A stretch of DNA of 32,000 nucleotides. Origin: Planctopirus limnophila DSM 3776 (GTDB lineage Bacteria > Planctomycetota > Planctomycetia > Planctomycetales > Planctomycetaceae). The notes under the pieces were generated by a model. The model did not search any database and had not been told where the DNA came from. It was given only the letters and a program-made list of their open reading frames with translations. Shown piece by piece: positions 17,701 through 25,054 of the stretch. The DNA is taken from contig NC_014148.1 of the NCBI RefSeq assembly GCF_000092105.1, positions 1,800,001 through 1,832,000 on the forward strand, in the 5' to 3' direction. Position 1 is the stretch's first letter. Every line of letters begins with the position of its first letter. The position numbers were made by a program, and so were the translations under genes.

Positions 17701-19122
17701 GCAGCATTGGCACACGCTGCGAATGAAGGTGACGACGTTGCTTCACAAGCTTCGCGTCAAGGCATGGCCTCAAAGGGAGAAAGCCCAGAGGCACAGACTC
17801 AGGGTACTGATAACGCCAACCTGCCCCAGAAATCTGCTCAAACAGCTTCTACGGACACCTCTCAACCGGGTGGCAATTCATCGCCATCCAATCCATCAAA
17901 CAGCGACAGCGCGCAGGCAGCCAACTCATCAAAAGCGGATCAGGAGGCTGCAGGAACATCACAAGCCCAGGCCAGTTCGACGAAAGCAGCAATGCCTCAG
18001 GCAGCAACTGGAAATTCGCCTTCATCAACCGATTCCAAAGCTTTGGCACAAACACGGGATCAGGTAGAAACCGACCTCGCGAGAGCTGCTGCGAATCTGG
18101 CTGCGGCTGAGCAGAAGCTCAGGCAGGAAGCCGCCATTGCTCAGGCCATTGCCGACCAGTCCAAAGCCCAACAGGCGGCTGCCCAGCAGATCAATGATCA
18201 GCGGGAAATGGCCCAACAGGCGGCAGAGAACGGTTCTGCTGCACCCGGTATGAACGCGGCTGAATTGGCCAAAGCCACTCAAAAATTTGCCCAGGCACAG
18301 CGGGCCACTGGTCAAGCAGTCTCTCGCTTATCTGGACAGCAGGCAGTCGGGAATTCGGCACTTAAGGAAGCTTTGAAATCAGCGGGAGAACTTGCTGGCG
18401 AACTTTCGAATCAGCCATCCTCTCCTTCGGACAATTCACCGGCTGGTCAACCTGCCGATGCAGGCAACGCTCAAGCTTCTGCCAGTGAGAACAATAGTCC
18501 CGCTGGCCAAACTCCAGGTCAAAGTACCGGGAAAGCCAGCCCGGCTCAATCACAGGGGGCTCCCGGAAAAGGTTCCGAGAAATCTTCAACCGAGGGTGCT
18601 TATCCGAATGATCTGGGAAGTGATTTCGTACCTTCTTCGCCCGAAATCACCGCCCGTATGATGGCGGGGAGTGCAGCCCAGGAGGCTTTGAATGCCGCTC
18701 TCGCCGATCTGGCAGCTTCTGAAACGGGAGCGATGAACGACAGCCAGAGTGCTCTGGCTGAAGCGACGGGAGATGCTCCGGGAACTCCCAGCCCTGAATC
18801 GGCAGCTATGTCAAATCAAGCTTCGAATGCCACTTCAGCACAATCCACTTCTGCTCAAGGGGTACAACAGGGGGAGGGTACTGAGAATCAAGGCCTCAAG
18901 GCGAATGGAGAAGTTCCCACCGATGCTGAAAAAGTGCCTCCCACTCAGGCAGGGAAAGTGGCCGGGCGCGACAGTTCTGGTGGGACCAGACCTGTCGAAC
19001 AGCAGCCGTGGTTTGCCAAACTTCCCCCCGAATTGAGAAATGCCATTCGAGCAAACAGTCAACAGAAAGCACCACGGGCTTACGAAGAAAAGCTGAAACG
19101 CTACTTCGAGAGCAAGGACTGA
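14761..19122 (+). CDS. Giant (1453 aa) Ala/Gln/Glu-rich coiled-coil / low-complexity envelope protein with an N-terminal signal/anchor and a conserved-looking C-terminal tail
   Basis: The GTG start at 14761 overlaps the upstream TGA (GTGA), and GGAGG lies 6 nt upstream (14750-14754). The N-terminus is hydrophobic (GLSLLLVVASNGVVADWFTAPALAAPP). More than 1000 aa are heptad-like A/Q/E/K sequence, and there are two S/P/N/Q/G-rich stretches. The C-terminus reads QQPWFAKLPPELRNAIRANSQQKAPRAYEEKLKRYFES. A single open frame of 4.36 kb cannot be chance. Confidence 0.85.
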   Translation: MNESKSLFNRVFVRHGLSLLLVVASNGVVADWFTAPALAAPPSIDGAMLRRKQDDQQRARAMARDLLTSVLDVQLRQLEENGLTEISVYRDIKVMHSNIGNLVDTEMAQVVQQLADAQDLNSEEREASFIEARQTIRNIVIRLSAERQNLLRRLKSAELAEQVKRLIKHQTTVQEQTVRIPEESKTLQESLAIRTREDQRDVGGLFVQLVGTLSDVRNWGGTIGEGATAGIALLSEKQVGKHLDQAEKSLRDADYEVASHQQVLVIAGLQDLLRVIERTQGLLDSREQQTIEKVRELLAAEKALRDQVAQLDQGEPVPEEIVNQQSALQQKVAALSSEITGTRTAQEHVEAAAQAAFEATAKLLENETNSALASQNSVIGRLSALEAELTRQAASSTTDQAAAELKADVARLEQAEKLISEAATRIDTALEKVAEAPSATPESAVEAAAQAKEKTQQAKEIGQLPANVDAAIEMAAETTAAAAKPADELNAEELTEAKSALELAQATIKREKSAAERKASALEIGELARAAEILERAASEERAIAAKAQDLAKTPPAQPAQAATELAERAKDVADVAKLIEKSTQEADVASQAALMQAQAAAQKSTEAFEEAKNQSSNDPSSKESLEKAGQAAENAAQELAEAANALRDDVQKKAEALAKLSEQAADEAAQVKAAAEEVLAQEMEARSNLVEQIAQAQELLSDAVEAQLKASGSKEAATASAVERELNQLSQAMQKASEANPATKETSRSGSETAPALSAAERVEQAARQQEIADQLKAAASRVAKELPMETGLQEQLSQAASNAESAAQALASSKATQAAEAQQKASQQMQQAQETARQKAQASRDQAAENQAAKNPPANTGNVQDQQVANRAIEASQKAVQKAANSGEKMNAAPQAALQELQEAKTAGEKAASQLEEGDQTTASQNQQEALAALQAAQSSLKQALKQAMAEQASQLARTADQAGELVAKAAEIDEAAAAALAHAANEGDDVASQASRQGMASKGESPEAQTQGTDNANLPQKSAQTASTDTSQPGGNSSPSNPSNSDSAQAANSSKADQEAAGTSQAQASSTKAAMPQAATGNSPSSTDSKALAQTRDQVETDLARAAANLAAAEQKLRQEAAIAQAIADQSKAQQAAAQQINDQREMAQQAAENGSAAPGMNAAELAKATQKFAQAQRATGQAVSRLSGQQAVGNSALKEALKSAGELAGELSNQPSSPSDNSPAGQPADAGNAQASASENNSPAGQTPGQSTGKASPAQSQGAPGKGSEKSSTEGAYPNDLGSDFVPSSPEITARMMAGSAAQEALNAALADLAASETGAMNDSQSALAEATGDAPGTPSPESAAMSNQASNATSAQSTSAQGVQQGEGTENQGLKANGEVPTDAEKVPPTQAGKVAGRDSSGGTRPVEQQPWFAKLPPELRNAIRANSQQKAPRAYEEKLKRYFESKD

Positions 19123-19199
19123 TTGACTCATTGACAGTTTCCTAACTTGCCTTACATCAAACACCGAATTGTCGGATACAGAATCAAAGGCCTTATCGC

Positions 19200-20237
19200 A
19201 TGAGTGAAATCCAGAACTCTGACGACCTTGCCACCGTACATCGCTGTGAGCAGTCGTATAACAAACTTCGTGATGAGCTTTCGAAGGTGATCGTGGGGCA
19301 GGGTGATGTCATTGAGCAGGTGCTGGTGGCTATCTTTGCACGCGGGCATGCCTTGCTGGAAGGGGTGCCTGGTCTTGCCAAAACCCTGCTGGTCAGTTCA
19401 TTAGCCCAGGCCCTGCATCTGTCGTTTAAGCGAATTCAATTTACCCCCGATTTAATGCCCAGTGATGTCTCCGGGACAGACATCATTCAGGAAAATCTGC
19501 AGACCCGCGAGCGTGAGTATCGATTTCTGCCCGGTCCACTCTTTGCCAACATGATTCTTGCGGATGAAATCAATCGAACTCCTCCCAAAACACAGGCCGC
19601 GATGCTTGAGGCCATGCAGGAACGGCAAGTTTCTGCCGGTGGAAAAGTTCATAAGTTGCCGAATCCGTTCTTTGTCCTTGCCACTCAGAATCCACTCGAA
19701 CAGGAAGGCACCTACCCTTTGCCAGAAGCACAGCTGGATCGCTTTCTGTTGCATATTCGCGTTGATTATCCGTCGGCGGCCGACGAATGGGAGGTTGCCC
19801 GAAGAGTCACCTCCGGCGAAATGGGCACTATCGAACCTGTCATGACTGCCGCCGATATTGTTGAGTTTCAGAAACTCGTTACGAGAGTTCCCGTCAGCGA
19901 TCAGGTGCTGGGATATGCCTGGGCACTCGTTCGAGGTTCTCGACCCAATTCCAAAGAGGCTCGCGAGTTTGTCAACAAGTGGGTCAACTGGGGTGCCGGC
20001 CCGCGCGGTGTGATCACGTTGGTCACCTGTGCAAAAGCCAGGGCTGTCCTTTACGGTCGATATCATGCGACCACGGCTGATGTTCAGGCAATCGCACGTG
20101 GGGCTTTGCGTCATCGAATTGCACCGAACTATGCTGCTCAGGCTGCGGATATCAACAGCGATCGTTTGATCGAGATGCTGCTCGAAGAAATCCCGGCTGA
20201 CCGAAAATACTCCAAACCAGCAGCCGTCGCGGTGTAG
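19200..20237 (+). CDS. moxR: MoxR-family AAA+ ATPase
   Basis: 345-aa ORF with Walker A GVPGLAKT and Walker B ILADEINRTPPKTQAAMLEAMQERQV. The segment PFFVLATQNPLEQEGTYPLPEAQLDRF carries sensor-1 and the arginine finger. These are typical of the MoxR (AAA_3) subfamily. Confidence 0.92.
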   Translation: MSEIQNSDDLATVHRCEQSYNKLRDELSKVIVGQGDVIEQVLVAIFARGHALLEGVPGLAKTLLVSSLAQALHLSFKRIQFTPDLMPSDVSGTDIIQENLQTREREYRFLPGPLFANMILADEINRTPPKTQAAMLEAMQERQVSAGGKVHKLPNPFFVLATQNPLEQEGTYPLPEAQLDRFLLHIRVDYPSAADEWEVARRVTSGEMGTIEPVMTAADIVEFQKLVTRVPVSDQVLGYAWALVRGSRPNSKEAREFVNKWVNWGAGPRGVITLVTCAKARAVLYGRYHATTADVQAIARGALRHRIAPNYAAQAADINSDRLIEMLLEEIPADRKYSKPAAVAV

Positions 20238-20278
20238 TGTCAATGTTTCGTCGAATTGCATTTCTTTGAGGATGGCCC

Positions 20279-21187
20279 ATGGCTGGCAGTCTGTTATCCC
20301 GCTACCTCGATGCGGAAACACTCGGTCGAGTGGCGGATCGAACCATTGAGCCGCGGGGCATGGTTCTGGGCAATCTTGCCGGTGCTCACAAGTCTCCCCT
20401 TTGTGGCTTCGCGGTTGAGTTCGCCAGTCATCGCGAGTACGTGCTTGGTGATGATGTCCGGCACATTGACTGGCGCTTGTACTACAAGAGGGATCGTTAC
20501 TTCATCAAGCAGTACGAGATGGAGACGAACTTCGTCGCCCATCTGATTCTCGACATCAGTGCTTCGATGAGATATGGCGACGGACTCGAACAAAAACTCG
20601 CTTACGCAGCCCAGCTGGCAACGACTCTGGGTTATTCCATAGTCCGGCAGAACGATAAAGTCTCTTTGGCTACTTTTGACAATCGCGTCCGCGGCTCGAT
20701 TCCTGCAGGAAACTCGATGTCACAAATCATACGCATGGCCCGGCATCTGGATGAATGCGATGCGGTTGACAAGACCGATATGGCCAGTTGCCTGTCGCAA
20801 CTCAACAGCCGCTTTGCGCGTCGTGAAATCATCATGATCTTCAGTGATTTTTTGACAGATGTGGAATCGCTGGAACCTGTCCTGCAGCGGATGCGCTATA
20901 ACAATCACGAAGTCGTGTTATTTCATGTTCTTCATCACCATGAAGTTGCTTTCGACTTCACGGGAATGGTGAAGTTCAAAGGTCTTGAACTTCCGGAGGA
21001 GTATCTCACACAGACAGAAGATGTTCGGCGTGAGTATCTGGCTGCTTTCAATGAATATCTTGAAAACTTCAAACAGATGTGCCTGCGAAATCGCATTGAA
21101 CACATTGTGATGGATACAAGAATCCCTGTTGCCGAAACCTTGATCGATTACCTGAACCGCAGGTCACTGGTCAAAGCCATTCGATAG
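20279..21187 (+). CDS. DUF58 domain protein (VWA-like partner of MoxR)
   Basis: 302-aa ORF with the classic DUF58 signature GAHKSPLCGFAVEFASHREYVLGDDVRHIDWRLYYKRDRYFIKQYEMETN, followed by LILDISASM (MIDAS-like DxSxS). GAGGA lies 6 nt upstream (20268-20272), immediately downstream of moxR. Confidence 0.9.
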   Translation: MAGSLLSRYLDAETLGRVADRTIEPRGMVLGNLAGAHKSPLCGFAVEFASHREYVLGDDVRHIDWRLYYKRDRYFIKQYEMETNFVAHLILDISASMRYGDGLEQKLAYAAQLATTLGYSIVRQNDKVSLATFDNRVRGSIPAGNSMSQIIRMARHLDECDAVDKTDMASCLSQLNSRFARREIIMIFSDFLTDVESLEPVLQRMRYNNHEVVLFHVLHHHEVAFDFTGMVKFKGLELPEEYLTQTEDVRREYLAAFNEYLENFKQMCLRNRIEHIVMDTRIPVAETLIDYLNRRSLVKAIR

Positions 21188-21190
21188 CCA

Positions 21191-22066
21191 TCACATTTGG
21201 CGAGCGATCAGCCATTCACCGTGACCAATCGACAGTTGATCACCCAGATATCGATCAAACATGGGCGGGTTCTGTTCGCTGAACAACCATTGTTCGGTCA
21301 ATTGATGGTCAAATTGCGAATAGAGACGATGCAGTCGTCGAAAGAGCAGATTCAAATAGTTCGATGAAATCAGACCTGCATAACGCCACGAATCGGCAGC
21401 ATTCAGCGGGTGAGCAATATTCTCATTGAATGAAGCATCGATTGGTAAAGCTGACATCGAAATCAGTGTCGCACGCTTGAGTTCGAACCCCGATGCCTGT
21501 CCGAATCCTTTCATCGTGGCGATGGTACCGGCAATCGCTCCGTGGCCTGCCTGGGCTCCCATTGTTCCACACGCCGCGATTAAGCCTCGCCGCATGAACT
21601 GACCTGTATGACGCCCGGTCTTTCCTGCGACCAGGATTTCTCCTCCTTCCATTCCAGCCATGGCACCATCACGTGGCCCTCCCAATCGATCACCTGCGTT
21701 GCCATAAACAAAAAACTGTCCACCTTTCATGGCCGCGCCGCAGTCAGATCCGCAATCACCATGAATGATAACGCTGCCACCAGACATCTCTGAGCCAATG
21801 AAACTGCCACAGTGACTATGGATGACGAGCTCGCCATGCGACCATTGATGACCCAATCCATCACAACGGCTCAGGTCACCCTCCATTTCGATGGAGTCAT
21901 GATCACCTTTTTCACAAGCAAGCCATTCCCGGGCTGCGGTGAGGCGATTCCCTTCGTACACGGGCAACTGCATCAAGTCAGCTGTCGTCATGCCAGTTCT
22001 TAACTCAGCAAAGAATCGTGAAAAATCCAATGTGAGAACTGGTTGTTGAACAAGAGTTAGCTTCAT
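21191..22066 (-). CDS. Formylmethanofuran dehydrogenase subunit C-like / FhcC-like GXGXG-repeat protein
   Basis: Reiterated beta-helix GXGXG-type repeats are present: GSEMSGGSVIIHGDCGSDCGAAMKGGQFFVYGNAGDRLGG...MAGMEGGEILVAGKTGRHTGQFMRRGLIAACG. This matches the FwdC/FhcC and GltB C-terminal fold. I prefer the ATG at 22066 (MKLTLVQQPVLTLDF, 291 aa) over the track start at 22159. Confidence 0.7.
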   Translation of the reverse strand: MKLTLVQQPVLTLDFSRFFAELRTGMTTADLMQLPVYEGNRLTAAREWLACEKGDHDSIEMEGDLSRCDGLGHQWSHGELVIHSHCGSFIGSEMSGGSVIIHGDCGSDCGAAMKGGQFFVYGNAGDRLGGPRDGAMAGMEGGEILVAGKTGRHTGQFMRRGLIAACGTMGAQAGHGAIAGTIATMKGFGQASGFELKRATLISMSALPIDASFNENIAHPLNAADSWRYAGLISSNYLNLLFRRLHRLYSQFDHQLTEQWLFSEQNPPMFDRYLGDQLSIGHGEWLIARQM

Positions 22067-22350
22067 CGAAATGCACCGTGGCGAATGTTGCTGAAATGAA
22101 ACATGAACGCAATCTGTGGTGCGTTTGGGCAACTGGCTGGCATGCAGCTCATGTTTCAATAGACCGGCTCAAAATGTCGAATTCTGCATAGAACACAAAT
22201 CGATCCTCACAATTGACGGGATTTCGCCTGCTGTTGGAATCCAATTCTTGCAGTATTGAAAGGTAACTCAACGAATGCCGTTTGGCCAGAATTCTGGTAC
22301 AGCCCTTGCGATCTTCACTATTGAACCTTGGGTCGTGGAGATTAAGCAAC

Positions 22351-23457
22351 ATGTATCACGTGATTCCTGTCACCGAACTCGAACATCTGGAACCTTTTCG
22401 CGAGGCCTGGACTCGGCTGATACAGGAAGATCCCCGGGCACAGTTTACGCAGTCTCTGGAGTGGCTCGAAAATTACTGGAAATGCTTTGGCCACGATAAG
22501 TTTCTCGAATGCCACGTCGTCATGTTCGGTGACGAGCCCGTTGGGTTTGCACCGTTGATCCTGAAGAAAGTACCCACTCACTGGGGAAATGTCCGGTTAT
22601 TGACATGGCCGCTGGATAGCTGGGGGGTTGGATATCGACCGATCGGCAGGAATATCACCAGCACGCTCTTCCCCACATTTCGAGCTCTCCACGGGTCAAA
22701 TGATTTCGATATTCTCGACTTGCGGTATCTCTCGGATGATCCCGGGATGCTGGATCGATGTATGAGTGCTTGCCGATTGGCACGTACACCAGTCAGTCAT
22801 ACTCGCTGGCAAAGATTTGCCTCATTCTCAACCGATTGTTACCAACACTGGGCAACTTATATTCATCGGGATCTTGAAATCATCGAAGTCAGTCGAACGG
22901 GCCAAGATTCATTGCAAATCGAGCGGCATCGTCCGGAAGAATCTACATTGGCGACCCGTCAGCTTTGGGAACGTGTCGAGGGCCAGTTTGATGATTCACT
23001 CGTGCCCTACTTAAGAGGCTGTGTCGAGGGGGCCGCCAAGCTGGGAATGCTGGATCTCGCAGTGGCCAGTCGAGGTGGATTGATCGAGGCCGTGGTGATT
23101 GGTCATCATCATGGAGGCCGGTATGAAGTGCTGGCAATTTCTCCTGCACGATCAGCCAGCCAGCAGGCTGCCAGATCATGGCTTTTGGGAAGAATTCTGC
23201 TGGAACTTCCCGAATATGGGGACGATACGGCTCTTTTTCGAGAGGAATACCTATCAAGCGTCGGTAATTGGGGAGCCAGAGTCGGCTGGACGAGTCGTTT
23301 GACGAACTTTCGAAGTCCCCGTTTCTCGACAAGTCTGCTAAAACTCAGCCGTCAATGGCTGGGTGCTCCAGCACCCGCCAAGCGTCACACCATTCGACGT
23401 GTGGACATGCAGCAGCCGACAACGCCACTGCGTATTCATCAGGTCGATGCACTGTGA
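22351..23457 (+). CDS. GNAT-superfamily acetyltransferase, CelD/BioF2-like (Acetyltransf_6-type)
   Basis: From the ATG at 22351 (GGAG 10 nt upstream) the protein begins MYHVIPVTELEHLEPFREAWTRLIQEDPRAQFTQSLEWLENYWKCFG...GDEPVGFAPLILKK. This is the usual CelD-like N-terminal pattern. The family assignment is by recollection only. Confidence 0.6.
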   Translation: MYHVIPVTELEHLEPFREAWTRLIQEDPRAQFTQSLEWLENYWKCFGHDKFLECHVVMFGDEPVGFAPLILKKVPTHWGNVRLLTWPLDSWGVGYRPIGRNITSTLFPTFRALHGSNDFDILDLRYLSDDPGMLDRCMSACRLARTPVSHTRWQRFASFSTDCYQHWATYIHRDLEIIEVSRTGQDSLQIERHRPEESTLATRQLWERVEGQFDDSLVPYLRGCVEGAAKLGMLDLAVASRGGLIEAVVIGHHHGGRYEVLAISPARSASQQAARSWLLGRILLELPEYGDDTALFREEYLSSVGNWGARVGWTSRLTNFRSPRFSTSLLKLSRQWLGAPAPAKRHTIRRVDMQQPTTPLRIHQVDAL

Positions 23458-23476
23458 GGAACGACTGACAATCCGC

Positions 23477-25054
23477 TTAATGGCGGAAGTGACGACGGCC
23501 GGTAAAGATCATGGCGATGCCATATTCATTGCAGGCTTCAATGACCTCTTCATCTCGCTTGGAGCCACCTGGCTGAATGATGGCGGTAATCCCGGCATGA
23601 TGCAGTTGATCGACGCCATCGCGGAATGGGAAGAAGGCATCAGAGGCCGCGACCGAACCTCGTGATCGATCGGCTGCCTTTTCGCAGGCAATTCGGGCTG
23701 AATCGAGGCGACTCATCTGGCCGGCTCCCACACCGACACTGGCTCCATTTTTGGCGAGCAGAATCGCATTGCTCTTCACATGTTTGCAGACGGCCCAGGC
23801 GAACTCCAGATCTGCCCGTTCGATCGCAGTGGGTGTTCTTGATGTCACCACACGCCACTCATGAGTTTGTTCAGGCCGGTCATCCTGCTCTTGAACCAGC
23901 AGGCCTCCCGTGATCTTGCGGTACTCGAGTTGCCGTGGACGTGAATCAATGAGTGCCGGGCTCTTCAAGAGGCGAACACTGTGTCGCCACTTGGGTGCCG
24001 AGGTGAGCATGGTCAATGCATCTGGCTCATAACCGGGGGCAATAATTGCTTCGATAAATCGTCCCGGAGCACAAAGTTCCTCGGCTGTAGCCAGATCGAG
24101 AGTACGGTTGAATCCCAGAATCGATCCAAACGCACTCACCGGGTCACAGGCATCGGCCTGCACATAAGCTTCACTGATGGACTCAGAAATTGCGCAGCCA
24201 CAGGGATTATTATGCTTGATGACCGAAACGGCGGGCTTGGAGAACTCCCGCACAATCTGCATGGCTGCATCAAGATCCAGATAGTTATTGAAAGAAAGTT
24301 CTTTGCCGTGAAGAACCTCGGCTTTAGCCAAAGTCGCTGGGTGAGGGCTGGTCTCGTGGTAGATGGCGGCCTGCTGATGAGGGTTTTCGCCATAACGTAA
24401 TGTTGCATGGCGCTGGAACTGCAATGCCAGCTTGCGAGGGAAGGTTGTTTCGGGTCCTTCCGAATCGTAATCCGTTAGCAGCCCCTTCATGTAATCGGCA
24501 ATGGCCCGGTCGTACAAAGCTGTCATTTCGAAGGCCGCTGCGGCCAGCTCACGGCGGAATTCGAGTGATACGGAATTGTGCTCAAGCGCCGTCGCCACGC
24601 GGTCATACTGATCTGGTGTGGTGACAATCAGGACGTGAGCGTGATTTTTGGCAGCTGAACGGACCATCGATGGTCCGCCAATATCGATCTGCTCGATCGC
24701 CTCTTGTGCGAGAACACCAGGCTTGGAGATGGTCTCGACAAAAGGATAAAGATTGACCACAGCCAGTTCGATTGGAGTGATCCCATGGCTTTCCATGGAC
24801 TGGCGATCGCCTGGCAGATCGGGGCGGCCGAGCAGTCCACCATGAACCCGAGGATGCAGCGTCTTGAGCCGCCCATCCATCATCTCAGGGAATTGAGTGT
24901 AGTCTGAAACATCCGTGACTCGGACTCCACCCTCAGTGAGGGTTTTGGCAGTGCCACCTGTGGAGAGGATTTCGAATCCCAGAACTTCCAGCCGCCGCGC
25001 AAATGGCACAAGTCCGGTCTTATCACTACACGAAATCAATGCGCGGCGAACCAT
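23477..25054 (-). CDS. purH: Bifunctional AICAR transformylase / IMP cyclohydrolase
   Basis: MVRRALISCSDKTGLVPFARRLEVLGFEILSTGGTAK is the MGS-like IMP cyclohydrolase start. Other matches are KTLHPRVHGGLL, VVNLYPF, DIGGPSMVRSAAKNH and the C-terminal ASDAFFPFRDGVD...IIQPGGSKRD. The ATG at 25054 has AAGGAGG 6 nt upstream. The track's upstream start at 25069 is a TTG lying inside that SD. Confidence 0.95.
   Translation of the reverse strand: MVRRALISCSDKTGLVPFARRLEVLGFEILSTGGTAKTLTEGGVRVTDVSDYTQFPEMMDGRLKTLHPRVHGGLLGRPDLPGDRQSMESHGITPIELAVVNLYPFVETISKPGVLAQEAIEQIDIGGPSMVRSAAKNHAHVLIVTTPDQYDRVATALEHNSVSLEFRRELAAAAFEMTALYDRAIADYMKGLLTDYDSEGPETTFPRKLALQFQRHATLRYGENPHQQAAIYHETSPHPATLAKAEVLHGKELSFNNYLDLDAAMQIVREFSKPAVSVIKHNNPCGCAISESISEAYVQADACDPVSAFGSILGFNRTLDLATAEELCAPGRFIEAIIAPGYEPDALTMLTSAPKWRHSVRLLKSPALIDSRPRQLEYRKITGGLLVQEQDDRPEQTHEWRVVTSRTPTAIERADLEFAWAVCKHVKSNAILLAKNGASVGVGAGQMSRLDSARIACEKAADRSRGSVAASDAFFPFRDGVDQLHHAGITAIIQPGGSKRDEEVIEACNEYGIAMIFTGRRHFRH

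Noticed and set aside
15118-18589. Numerous 60-136-aa ORFs in alternative frames and on the opposite strand inside the giant coiled-coil gene, for example 17078-17437 and 17657-18067, which are very Arg/Lys/Pro-rich.
   Set aside because: They are frame-shifted readings of repetitive GCN/CAG/GAA codons. They have shadow-ORF composition and are fully nested in a 4.36-kb open frame.
22067-22159. A 31-aa N-terminal extension of the FwdC-like ORF (MKHELHASQLPKRTTDCVHVSFQQHSPRCIS).
   Set aside because: FwdC-type proteins normally begin directly with the M-x-L-x-L strand (here MKLTLVQ), and the extension has atypical composition. I cannot exclude it without homolog alignment.
22286-22297. A perfect 12-bp palindrome, CCAGAATTCTGG, about 55 nt upstream of the GNAT start, as a possible operator.
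   Set aside because: A 12-bp perfect palindrome is expected several times by chance in 32 kb (about 1 per 4096 positions). There is no second half-site or repeated copy to support a regulatory role.
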